Origin: Candidatus Uhrbacteria bacterium
GTDB lineage: Bacteria > Patescibacteriota > Patescibacteriia > UBA9934
NCBI GenBank assembly: GCA_903848275.1
Contig: CAINGB010000025.1
Location: 4,713-68,712, forward strand
Direction: 5' to 3'
DNA length: 64,000 bases
Shown here: positions 56,153-64,000 of the stretch, piece after piece
Layout: each line of letters opens with the position of its first letter
Numbering within the stretch: the stretch's first letter is position 1
Notes under the pieces: model-generated
Told to the model about the DNA's origin: nothing
Databases searched by the model: none
Seen by the model: only the letters and a program-made list of their open reading frames with translations
Made by a program: the position numbers and the translations under genes

Positions 56153-56497
56153 TTACATTTTGATTTCGATGTCGACGCCGGCTGGCAAGTTGAGTGACAT
56201 GAGGGCGTCGATGGTGCGCTCTGTTGGACCGACGATGTCGATGATGCGCTTGTGGATGCGCATTTCGTACTGGTCGCGTGAAGTCTTGTCGATGAAGGTT
56301 GAGCGGTTCACCGTGTAGCGACGTCGTTCCGTCGGCAATGGTACTGGACCAATGACCGTGGCACCAGAACGGATGGCCGTTTTGATGATGGTGTCCGTGG
56401 CGGTGTCGATGATCTTGTGATCATAGGCCTTGATACGGATACGGATGCGCTGCTTAGGAGCTTCAGCTTCAGTAGTTGTTTTTTTGGTGTCAGTCAT
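56153..56497 (-). CDS. rpsJ: 30S ribosomal protein S10
   Basis: [16 protein letters not shown]... Confidence 0.9.
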   Translation of the reverse strand: MTDTKKTTTEAEAPKQRIRIRIKAYDHKIIDTATDTIIKTAIRSGATVIGPVPLPTERRRYTVNRSTFIDKTSRDQYEMRIHKRIIDIVGPTERTIDALMSLNLPAGVDIEIKM

Positions 56498-56525
56498 AGG
56501 AGCAAAGAAAGAACAAGGTAACTAA

Positions 56526-57716
56526 TTACTCAATGATTTTGACAACCACACCAGCGCCGACGGTACGGCCACCTTCGCGGATAGCGAAGCGCATCTTGTC
56601 TTCCAAGGCAACTGGGTTGATGAGAGTTACGGTACAAGTGACGGTGTCACCTGGCATAACCATTTCGGTACCTTCTGGGAGGGTGATTTCACCAGTTACG
56701 TCCGTAGTACGGATGTAGAACTGTGGCTTGTAGCCCTTGAAGAATGGCTTGTGACGACCACCTTCTTCCTTGGTCAAAGCGATGATTTCAGCTTCGAACT
56801 TGGTGTGTGGCTTGACCGAACCTGGTTTGGCCAAAACCTGACCACGCTGCACGTCCTCCTTCTTAATACCACGGATCAAGATACCAGCATTGTCGCCAGC
56901 CATACCGGAGTCCAAGGACTTGTTAAACATTTCGATACCAGTAACGGTGGTCTTGGCGGTGTCGGTGATACCAACGATTTCTACTTCGTCACCAACCTTG
57001 ATCTGACCGCGCTCGATACGACCGGTAACAACCGTACCACGACCTTCGATAGAGAAGACGTCTTCGATTGGCATCAAGAAAGTCTTGTCGAGGTCACGAA
57101 CTGGTTCCGGAACGTAGGCATCCAAGGCATCCAAAAGGTCGCGGATTGGCTTGCTGGCAACTTCGTCAGAAGGAGCGGCCAAGGCCTTAGAGGAAGAACC
57201 GCGGATAACTGGGACGGTGTCGCCTGGGAAATCGTACTTCTTCAAAAGGTCGCGAACTTCCTGCTCGACCAAATCAATAAGTTCTGGGTCGTCAACCATG
57301 TCAACCTTGTTCAAGTAGACAACGATAGTTGGCACACCAACCTGCTTGGCCAAAAGAATGTGCTCGCGGGTCTGTGGCATTGGACCGTCAGCAGCAGAAA
57401 CAACGAGAATAGCGGCGTCCATCTGGGCAGCACCGGTGATCATGTTCTTCACATAGTCAGCGTGGCCTGGACAGTCGACGTGAGCGTAGTGACGCTTGGC
57501 AGTCTCGTATTCACAGTGGGCGGTAGAAATAGTGATACCGCGGGCCTTGGATTCAGGAGACTTGTCCAAACCATCCATGCCCTTAGTGGAGGCAGAGTTA
57601 CCCATGGCAGCTGCCACCGCAAGGATGGCCGCCGTGGTGGTGGTCTTTCCGTGGTCGACGTGACCAATGGTACCAACGTTAACGTGCGGTTTGGCTCGGG
57701 AGAACTGTTCTGCCAT
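56526..57716 (-). CDS. tuf: Elongation factor Tu
   Basis: [22 protein letters not shown]-motifs. Confidence 0.95.
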   Translation of the reverse strand: MAEQFSRAKPHVNVGTIGHVDHGKTTTTAAILAVAAAMGNSASTKGMDGLDKSPESKARGITISTAHCEYETAKRHYAHVDCPGHADYVKNMITGAAQMDAAILVVSAADGPMPQTREHILLAKQVGVPTIVVYLNKVDMVDDPELIDLVEQEVRDLLKKYDFPGDTVPVIRGSSSKALAAPSDEVASKPIRDLLDALDAYVPEPVRDLDKTFLMPIEDVFSIEGRGTVVTGRIERGQIKVGDEVEIVGITDTAKTTVTGIEMFNKSLDSGMAGDNAGILIRGIKKEDVQRGQVLAKPGSVKPHTKFEAEIIALTKEEGGRHKPFFKGYKPQFYIRTTDVTGEITLPEGTEMVMPGDTVTCTVTLINPVALEDKMRFAIREGGRTVGAGVVVKIIE

Positions 57717-57785
57717 AAAAGGATGGGCGGTCGAGAGACCTTAAATGTGAGGGATTAAAGGATTTCTTGTAAAGTGCGTGGCAGG

Positions 57786-57814
57786 AGTATAGCAAAAGTC
57801 CTTTATTTGTGCAA
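57786..57814 (-). promoter_or_regulatory. Sigma70-like promoter for tuf (TTGCAC-17-TATACT)
   Basis: Minus strand cttgcac aaataaaggacttttgc tatact, about 75 nt upstream of the ATG. Confidence 0.55.
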
Positions 57815-57840
57815 GGGCTTAGCTGTGTTCAGACTGACCC

Positions 57841-58383
57841 CTAAAGTGGTTCGAGGTAGAACTGCTCTTCCCCGCCGTTATTTTTTGCTTGGGAAAGCGG
57901 TTGACGGGGTGTTTCGGGCGGTCGTGGTGAGGCCGGAACTGGGGTATTTACAGACTGGCGTGGCTCGGTTCGAGGCTCAGCCTGAGGAATGGGACGGGGC
58001 TCGAGGCGTGGTTCGGGCTCGTAACGAGGGCTCGGGGCGGGTTCGATGATTTCGAGGACGGGTTCGGTAGGTGCGGCCAGAAAGACTGGGTCGATCTCGA
58101 TTTCCCCTATCTCCTCCTCCCCTTCCGCCTCAAACTCGGGCTCGACCCGCTCGGCTGTCTCGGCCTGGTGGCCGTGTGGGTGGCTATGTCCGGCGTGGTC
58201 GTGCTCAGCCTCCAGCTGTTCTATCTCCTCGTCGTCCGGCCCTAGGAAGCCATTGACCAAGGCCTCGTACTGCTCAAACGGCAGAATAACCAGTGGTTCC
58301 CCACCGTGCTCGTTGGTCACAATCAGTCTGTCCCCTGTCCGCCTAGCAAACCGCAAGAGCTTCTGGAATTGATCATTAGCCAT
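57841..58383 (-). CDS. Phd/YefM-like antitoxin-domain protein fused to a long acidic Pro/Glu-rich tail with a His-rich patch. It is an orphan, with no adjacent toxin.
   Basis: N-terminus RLIVTNEHGGEPLVILPFEQYEAL resembles the YefM/Phd core. The tail is EPEPRLEPRPIPQAEPRTEPR..., with HDHAGHSHPHGH. Confidence 0.45.
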   Translation of the reverse strand: MANDQFQKLLRFARRTGDRLIVTNEHGGEPLVILPFEQYEALVNGFLGPDDEEIEQLEAEHDHAGHSHPHGHQAETAERVEPEFEAEGEEEIGEIEIDPVFLAAPTEPVLEIIEPAPSPRYEPEPRLEPRPIPQAEPRTEPRQSVNTPVPASPRPPETPRQPLSQAKNNGGEEQFYLEPL

Positions 58384-58453
58384 ATAGGGCCATCTTAGTA
58401 CTTGGGCCCGGAATGTCAAAACCGAGGCACTGAGCCCCGGTTCGGATGTTGAC

Positions 58454-59263
58454 CTAGCCTCTTGTTTCATTTGCTTTTTCTGCTGCGACTTTCTTTTCAG
58501 CTTCTTCTTGGAGCCACTCAGTTATTTGTTCTATCTCTCTTAAAGCGTTTAGTGCTTCTTCGATTTGCTCATTAAGGAAATCCCTTTCGCGTTTCAGTGC
58601 TCCCAGCCTCTTCTCAGAGGTAGATACGGTATCGGCGACTTGAGCCTTAAATGAATTAGGATCGGTATTTTCCAGCCAAAATTTATGCACAGCAGCTAGA
58701 TTTTTTTCTGCATCTATTATTTTATTGCCTATTTCTTTTGTTAAGAAAGTCGCATTCGTTTGCAAATCCTCCCAATACTTTTGCTTGTTTGCCATTTCTT
58801 TTAATGTAAGGGTGCTGTTTATTTTTTCAATCTCACCATGCATGTCGCGGTAAAAGTCATTAGGGTTGTCATGATACACATCCCTCTCTCCAGCTTTTTC
58901 TCGTTTTTCCGCTTCTTCCCTGCGTCCCTCAATGTAGGCAGCGGTCTCTATAGCATTCGTCATTTGATCTCGTAAACCCGACATTATTGGCCCATCAATA
59001 TTGCGCATGCCTTCGAGCGCTGTAACAGCTCTTTCTACTGCTTCAATTTGCCCGAGAGCACCCTTAAAACCCTCAATTGCTTTCTTTCCTTTTAATGAAT
59101 CAATAACGTTCTCGAGTTTTTTGTAATTGTCGCTTGTACTATACCTATCATGAGGCAATGTTTTAGCGAAGCGCTCGGCTGGGGAAGAAACCTTATCCGC
59201 CTCTTTGGGGACATTAATAAACTCCTTCAATCCGTCCGGTCGCGTTCTTTCTTCAACACCCAT
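58454..59263 (-). CDS. Hypothetical coiled-coil protein (269 aa), low GC. TTATCCCCAC motif lies ~65 nt upstream.
   Basis: AT-rich, charged and helical. No family recognised. Confidence 0.45.
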   Translation of the reverse strand: MGVEERTRPDGLKEFINVPKEADKVSSPAERFAKTLPHDRYSTSDNYKKLENVIDSLKGKKAIEGFKGALGQIEAVERAVTALEGMRNIDGPIMSGLRDQMTNAIETAAYIEGRREEAEKREKAGERDVYHDNPNDFYRDMHGEIEKINSTLTLKEMANKQKYWEDLQTNATFLTKEIGNKIIDAEKNLAAVHKFWLENTDPNSFKAQVADTVSTSEKRLGALKRERDFLNEQIEEALNALREIEQITEWLQEEAEKKVAAEKANETRG

Positions 59264-59344
59264 AAAATAACAAAAATAATCTTACCTGGCGTAATTTTCC
59301 CATAGAGTGCCTCCCACCTGCAAATGAGTGTGGGGATAACACGA

Positions 59345-59821
59345 TTATGTAGAGGTAGTCCTAACCCCCTCGGCGATGTGGAGAATGTGGGATTTGGGGA
59401 CGAGATAAGTTGGGTAATGCTGGCCGTCGACGAGGGCGACTTTTTGTTTGGCGAGGTGTTCTGTTTCGGCGTCGACGAGGAATTTAAGGCCGAAGAGGTT
59501 GATGCTGGCTTTGACTTGGACGTTGTGCGACCAAGAACCGATGAACTCCCAGTTATGAATAGCGCAGCGTTGAGCGTTGGTTAAAAGCCATAGAGTGCCG
59601 GTGACTTGGCTAGCTGGTTGTTTGACAATGCCATAGGAGACAAAGCTGTCGCCCCAAGCGCGACGGAGGGGACGTTGGGCTTTTTTGGGAATATCGTTCA
59701 GCTGTTGCACGCATAAGTGCCAGCCGTCGAGAGAAGCTGGTAGGTGTAGAGCGGAACGACCAGTAATAGCCTTGATCATAGCCGCGTCGCGATTGGCGCC
59801 AAAGCCGAAGTAAAGTTTCAT
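59345..59821 (-). CDS. Gamma-glutamyl cyclotransferase (AIG2/GGCT)-like protein. TTATCCCCAC motif lies ~36 nt upstream.
   Basis: N-terminus MKLYFGFGANRD resembles the YGSN motif of AIG2-like proteins. Moderate. Confidence 0.4.
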   Translation of the reverse strand: MKLYFGFGANRDAAMIKAITGRSALHLPASLDGWHLCVQQLNDIPKKAQRPLRRAWGDSFVSYGIVKQPASQVTGTLWLLTNAQRCAIHNWEFIGSWSHNVQVKASINLFGLKFLVDAETEHLAKQKVALVDGQHYPTYLVPKSHILHIAEGVRTTST

Positions 59822-59930
59822 ACAGAAGTATTGTCCCCTGCCAGAAAAAGTAAAGCAACTGGCCGTGGGGATAAAATCGAATCTGTGCTAGACTGAAAGT
59901 AGCAGTAATTCATTATTAATTAACAGCCCT

Positions 59931-60704
59931 ATGGAAAAGCGCAATAATTGGGCAGTAGTTGGAGGAGTTGTGGTAATAGCAGCGGTGATTGTCGCGATCG
60001 TGCTATTGACGAGAACACCATTAGAACCAGATGGCAAAGGTGACCAGCCGACGAACGTGGTTGACGACACTACAACTGGCGGAGTTGTGAAGGATGATCA
60101 GAAGCCCGTGGTTACAGGAACGGTCTACGAAAACTCGAAGTTCAGTATTGCTATACCAAAAGGTTGGACGGCTAGTGAGGCGATAATCAATATCGACAGT
60201 AAATCAGACGGTGCGACCACGGAATTGAACCCAGCGGCGGTAAATATTACCAATGGCAAATGGATTCTCTACGTCAACGTCGACGCCAACCAGGCTAGCG
60301 GTGTGCCCGGTGGACGATTCGCGGAAATTGGCATGGGTGCGCCGAGTGTGGATGCTGTAGTATTAGTCGAACCAGGCGAATGCGGACGCTCGACTGGCCC
60401 TGAAGGCACGCCAGCGTTTGCGAATTATAGCCGGATTGATGATTTCATTTCAGTAGCTGATGCCACGACTGGCTGTGCCACGCCAACTGACGGGCAGGAT
60501 CACTGGTTCTTCTCGTATTTGACGAGTCCGGGTAATGGCTTCTTTAACGACTACGTACTCGGACAAAACCCAGGCTTAGTGGTAACGATGGCTTATAACG
60601 AAAAGGTGGTGAATAAACTCCCAATTTGGAACAGCGACTCGCTAACTAAAGCACTGAATGACATGACGAGTATCGCGAGTACGTTGAAGATTAAGAATCG
60701 CTAG
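59931..60704 (+). CDS. Hypothetical membrane-anchored exported protein (257 aa)
   Basis: N-terminal TM/signal anchor AVVGGVVVIAAVIVAIVLL, then a Gly/Thr-rich domain. Confidence 0.5.
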   Translation: MEKRNNWAVVGGVVVIAAVIVAIVLLTRTPLEPDGKGDQPTNVVDDTTTGGVVKDDQKPVVTGTVYENSKFSIAIPKGWTASEAIINIDSKSDGATTELNPAAVNITNGKWILYVNVDANQASGVPGGRFAEIGMGAPSVDAVVLVEPGECGRSTGPEGTPAFANYSRIDDFISVADATTGCATPTDGQDHWFFSYLTSPGNGFFNDYVLGQNPGLVVTMAYNEKVVNKLPIWNSDSLTKALNDMTSIASTLKIKNR

Positions 60705-60715
60705 GAGCTTTCGTA

Positions 60716-60800
60716 AAAAATAACTCCCGGAGGGCTTGCCACGTCAGTCGCGACTGACGTGGCTTGCACGCCTCCGGGAGATGTTTTTTTATTTAAGCGG
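60716..60800. terminator. Bidirectional intrinsic terminator: nested perfect palindrome (gccacgtcagtcg|cgactgacgtggc inside ctcccggagg/cctccgggag), flanked by A6 and T7
   Basis: aaaaaataactcccggagggcttgccacgtcagtcgcgactgacgtggcttgcacgcctccgggagatgtttttttattt, between convergent genes. Confidence 0.7.
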
Positions 60801-61239
60801 CGATGGATCGTTCGGCGGCGGCGAGGGCTTTAGCCTGTTGGTCTGGTGTGCGGTGTTGGGCAGCGAAGGTGTCGGAAGCAATGACGTCTGAGGCGGCGTC
60901 GTTCTGCTTGCTGGCCATGCGGATAGCCGAGAGGATGAGGTCGAGTTCTGGGAGTTGGAGTTGATTGGCGAACTTTTTAACGCGGGCGATGGCTTGCGAC
61001 ATGTCGTGCAGTGAAGAGCTGTCCAAGTGTCGGCCGTCGGCAAAGGCGGCGAAGATTGGTTGTAAACTCTGAAGCTCGGCGCTGGCTGACTCGTTGGTGG
61101 TTTGTTCGATGATATTAGGAATGATGTTGGTGGCAATATTGCTGGCGTGTTCGGCGATGGTGCGCAAACGTTCGTGACGGGCAGGGTCGGGCTGTTCTGG
61201 CTGTTCGGATGAATGCATCATATGGATAGAGTTTAGCAC
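60793..61239 (-). CDS. Hypothetical protein (148 aa)
   Basis: ORF only. Last gene of a four-gene minus-strand cluster. Confidence 0.4.
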   Translation of the reverse strand: MLNSIHMMHSSEQPEQPDPARHERLRTIAEHASNIATNIIPNIIEQTTNESASAELQSLQPIFAAFADGRHLDSSSLHDMSQAIARVKKFANQLQLPELDLILSAIRMASKQNDAASDVIASDTFAAQHRTPDQQAKALAAAERSIAA

Positions 61240-61562
61240 TAAACTACGATGTCGTTAATTGCTTCGAGTCGACGAGGATAACTGGCCGAAGGAGAGGCAT
61301 CGACAAGACTTAACGAAAATATATCTACGTCTTGGCCACCCTCGGTAAGTGTGGCGACTGTATTTGTAATAGTGAGGCTGGTGTGAGCCAGGTCATCACA
61401 TGTCCAATGGATACAGTTTTTGTTGGCGTCGACGTCTTCTTCCACAACTGTTTGCCGCAGGACCTTGTTCAAGCCGTTAATTTTAATAATGCAGCCGGCG
61501 CGAAGTGAACGAAATTTCTCCCAATCGGCGGCAGTAATGGGTAGGATAGAAATAGTAGACAT
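61239..61562 (-). CDS. Hypothetical protein (107 aa)
   Basis: ORF only. Stop/start junction with the downstream gene. Confidence 0.4.
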   Translation of the reverse strand: MSTISILPITAADWEKFRSLRAGCIIKINGLNKVLRQTVVEEDVDANKNCIHWTCDDLAHTSLTITNTVATLTEGGQDVDIFSLSLVDASPSASYPRRLEAINDIVV

Positions 61563-61564
61563 AC

Positions 61565-61855
61565 CTATTTAGTAAAGGCGAACGAAGTGATATCGGCAAA
61601 TTTACCACTGCCTTGGCGTGAGCTATCACTGAACTCTTTTTTCTTCAGCTCTCCGTTACGGAGAAGTAAAAGGTAATTTCTATACCCTACGTCCATGTAG
61701 CGATATGGAAGTAGAAAATTCTCGGCTGGTTCGTCGACGATCAGTAGGCTGGTAATAATTTCTGGTGCGCTATCAACCAAAATTATGTCGCCAATGCGGA
61801 GGTTGAAGAATTTGATTTGTGAGAGTTCGCTTAAGGGGAAAGGTTTACTAATCAT
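61565..61855 (-). CDS. Hypothetical protein (96 aa)
   Basis: ORF only. Confidence 0.4.
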   Translation of the reverse strand: MISKPFPLSELSQIKFFNLRIGDIILVDSAPEIITSLLIVDEPAENFLLPYRYMDVGYRNYLLLLRNGELKKKEFSDSSRQGSGKFADITSFAFTK

Positions 61856-61952
61856 AAAAAAATTACTATTAATACCATGCTATCACGTCGGTGCAAACGA
61901 AAACACCACCCACGACGTGCGAGCGGTGTTGTTCTGTTAGCTGACCAATCAA

Positions 61953-63149
61953 TTAAGATGCGTACTCTTTGATACCTGGCTTTCCCGCCAGCTCATCAAG
62001 CGCGTACCCCATTTCGCAGGCAACGCTCCCCCAGTCTGCTAGTTGCTTGAATTCGATATTTGGGAATAGTTCATGCACCATCGTTTCGAATTTTTCACTA
62101 GCGCCACCGGATGTTGAGGTATGATCTTTCAACCATTGTTCAACCAACTCTTTATTGTGCTGCATGCCAATCGATAGTTCAAGAGCCTCGGTATCATAAT
62201 CTTTAGAGTCAGTTTCTTCTCGATCATAAGGGCTCCTTACCATTCTCTTTAATCTCTCTGCATGCCGTACTGCTCTCGGTTCAACCCATGCTCGCCATTC
62301 CGTTACACCTTGCCAAAATTGAGTAAGCGTTTGCTCATTGTCTTCTAATAATTTCGCGATTTCAGGAAAATCTTTAGCGGTGAGCTCCATAACTTTCATG
62401 AACGGTTGCAGTATTCGCCAGGCGCGTCGGATAAAATCTTTTCTTGGCGAGCCCGATTGTTGCCACTCCTCAAAAATGTTGCTCACGAAGTCCGAAGCCA
62501 TTTTTTCGACTTCTTCATTAGTGAGAATGCCTCGTTCTACAAAAAGACTTTGGACATCTTTAACCCTGGTTGCATCGACAAAACCTAGACTCATCTTGAA
62601 AGAATCGAGCATGGATCTCTCGGCAATATGTTTCAGTTCAGGATGTTGTGACAAAACCTCGATCATGAACGGACTGGTGGGGCTAAGACCCGAAAATGCT
62701 AATTCCCTTGCATTAGAAGTATTTTTTTCTATCCAGCTAGATACGAAGCCGCCTGCCTCTTCAGCAAGTTCAACAGCAAGAATAGTACTAACATTCGTCG
62801 CGTCCAATAACGAATTGATAACTTTATCTCCGGATTGTAAAGCTTTAATTATTCGGGTTTTTACCGCCTCATAAACTTCTGGATCATTTTTCATGAGTCT
62901 GTCGATCATGATGCAATAAATGTACGGCATTTCAGAAGCCTGGTTGACGGCCTGAAGGACAACTCTTTTAGCTGCCGCAAAAACTTCTGGATCCTGCAGA
63001 ACTCCGAGACTGCCGTCGGCTGCAGGCCACATGTCTCTCGAAATAGTCTCATTATCCTCCGAGGATATAGCAGCAATGAGTCTTTGTCGCTTTTGCTCGG
63101 GATTTTGTTCGAGCTTGAATCCTGGCTCACCTTTAGAAATTTCAGCCAT
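61953..63149 (-). CDS. Hypothetical alpha-helical protein (398 aa), low GC. First gene of the cluster. TTATCCCCAC motif and a C10 tract lie upstream.
   Basis: AT-rich ORF. TATAAT at about -20. Motif at 63215-63224. C10 homopolymer at 63196-63205. Confidence 0.45.
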   Translation of the reverse strand: MAEISKGEPGFKLEQNPEQKRQRLIAAISSEDNETISRDMWPAADGSLGVLQDPEVFAAAKRVVLQAVNQASEMPYIYCIMIDRLMKNDPEVYEAVKTRIIKALQSGDKVINSLLDATNVSTILAVELAEEAGGFVSSWIEKNTSNARELAFSGLSPTSPFMIEVLSQHPELKHIAERSMLDSFKMSLGFVDATRVKDVQSLFVERGILTNEEVEKMASDFVSNIFEEWQQSGSPRKDFIRRAWRILQPFMKVMELTAKDFPEIAKLLEDNEQTLTQFWQGVTEWRAWVEPRAVRHAERLKRMVRSPYDREETDSKDYDTEALELSIGMQHNKELVEQWLKDHTSTSGGASEKFETMVHELFPNIEFKQLADWGSVACEMGYALDELAGKPGIKEYAS

Positions 63150-63239
63150 ACTAATTAAAATAATTATAACTCACACAAGTTTCTCATAAAGTCACCCCCC
63201 CCCCGCAAATGAACGTGGGGATAAGATTATCTGCAAAAA

Positions 63240-63283
63240 CAAAACGCCCCGGACGCTTGCACGTGTCCAGGGCGTATTTGTTT
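63240..63283 (-). terminator. Intrinsic terminator of fusA (hairpin acgccctggacacgtgcaagcgtccggggcgt plus U-tract)
   Basis: Minus strand aaacaaatacgccctggacacgtgcaagcgtccggggcgttttgtttttg. Confidence 0.6.
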
Positions 63284-64000
63284 TTAGCGAGCGGAGCGCT
63301 TTTTGATGATGTCTTCCGCGATGTTACGTGGGACTTCCTGGTACTCGTGGAATTCCATGGAGTAACTAGCGCGACCTTGGGTCATGGAGCGCAAAGCGGT
63401 GGAATAGCCGAACATTTCGGCGAGAGGGACAAGAGCGCGGACGAACTTGATGTTACCGCGGTCGCCCATTTCCTGGATTTGACCACGCTTGGCGTTAAGG
63501 TCGCCGACGACGGTACCCATGAAGTCTTCTGGGGTGACGGCTTCGACCTTCATGATAGGTTCGAGAATGACTGGCTTAGCTTTGCGGACAGCGTCCTGGA
63601 AAGCCATGGAACCAGCGATTTTAAAGGCTGATTCGTTACTGTCGACGTCGTGATAGGAACCATCGAAGACAGTGGCCTTGATGTTGATGAGCTGGTAACC
63701 AGCCAAGACACCGCGATCCATAGCTTCCTTAGCACCTTTACCGATTGGCGCGATGTACTCCTTTGGCACGGAACCGCCCTTGGTTTCGTCGGCAAAGACG
63801 AAGTTCTCGCCTTCTGGGTCGATGAAAGGTTCAACACGGAGACAAGCGTGACCGTACTGACCGCGACCACCGGACTGTTTGACGTACTTACCTTCACCTT
63901 CGGCACTCTCGCGAATGGTTTCGCGGTAGCTGACCTGTGGGTTACCGACATTGACCTCCACACCGTATTCACGCTTCATGCGGTCGACCATGATTTCCAA
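63284..64000 (-). CDS. fusA: Elongation factor G, C-terminal part (gene continues beyond the window end)
   Basis: EF-G domains III-V: ...VSYRETI..., [16 protein letters not shown]. Confidence 0.9.
   Translation of the reverse strand: MEIMVDRMKREYGVEVNVGNPQVSYRETIRESAEGEGKYVKQSGGRGQYGHACLRVEPFIDPEGENFVFADETKGGSVPKEYIAPIGKGAKEAMDRGVLAGYQLINIKATVFDGSYHDVDSNESAFKIAGSMAFQDAVRKAKPVILEPIMKVEAVTPEDFMGTVVGDLNAKRGQIQEMGDRGNIKFVRALVPLAEMFGYSTALRSMTQGRASYSMEFHEYQEVPRNIAEDIIKKRSAR

Noticed and set aside
14767-57758. Large antisense ORFs inside hisS (14767..15411 +), relA (27336..28034 -), asnS (36993..37664 +), the ABC ATPase (42089..42946 +), tuf (56751..57758 +) and ribosomal genes (51844..52578 +)
   Set aside because: Each lies entirely antisense to a gene with strong motif-level identification, in high-GC sequence where long stop-free antisense frames are expected.
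1-64000. CRISPR arrays, rRNA genes, transposases, integrases
   Set aside because: No regularly spaced direct repeats, no rRNA-like conserved stretches, and no recognisable transposase, integrase or recombinase ORFs were seen. The accessory inserts appear to lack their own mobility genes within this window.

Overview
This is a GC-rich (~58-60%) bacterial chromosomal window that is dense with housekeeping genes and has several low-GC accessory inserts. It contains, in order:

- Two tandem giant surface proteins (3135 aa and 625 aa). Each starts with a signal/TM segment plus a VirB2/TrbC-like pilin-type domain, followed by Ig/IPT domains and Myxococcus-type Cys-rich repeats (CGDG...EECDDGN...DGC...C).
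- hflX, a low-GC two-gene cassette, gatB/yqeY-family, rpsU, hisS, lepB and tRNA-Val.
- A class I Fic toxin with an upstream SxxxEG antitoxin.
- LCP (LytR-CpsA-Psr)-family cell-envelope protein, der, pth, dprA, folC and topA.
- Two paralogous small structured RNAs, each with its own promoter.
- A short rel (RelA/SpoT), parAB, and a HepT/MntA toxin-antitoxin (TA) pair next to a tRNA cluster (Leu, elongator Met, initiator fMet).
- A DacA-like carboxypeptidase, scpAB, and tandem archaeal-type aspS plus asnS. The asnS leader looks like a T-box riboswitch and is followed by four tandem perfect hairpins.
- recO, ruvX and a three-gene ABC-2 transporter.
- An RNHCP-domain protein with a long structured leader.
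- A ribosomal-protein gene cluster: tuf, S10, L3, L4, L23, L2, S19, L22, S3, L16, L29, S17, L14, L24, L5, S14(Zn), S8, L6, L18, S5, L15, secY, adk, map. There is no L30.
- A ~5.5 kb lower-GC island of hypothetical genes inserted between fusA and tuf.

A DnaA-box-like motif, TTATCC(CC)AC, recurs upstream of at least five minus-strand gene starts, twice next to large perfect palindromes centred on GTATAC. No CRISPR array, rRNA or transposase was seen. The gene content (no L30, Zn-type S14, short Rel, giant pilin-like proteins) fits a Patescibacteria/CPR-like organism; this is an inference.
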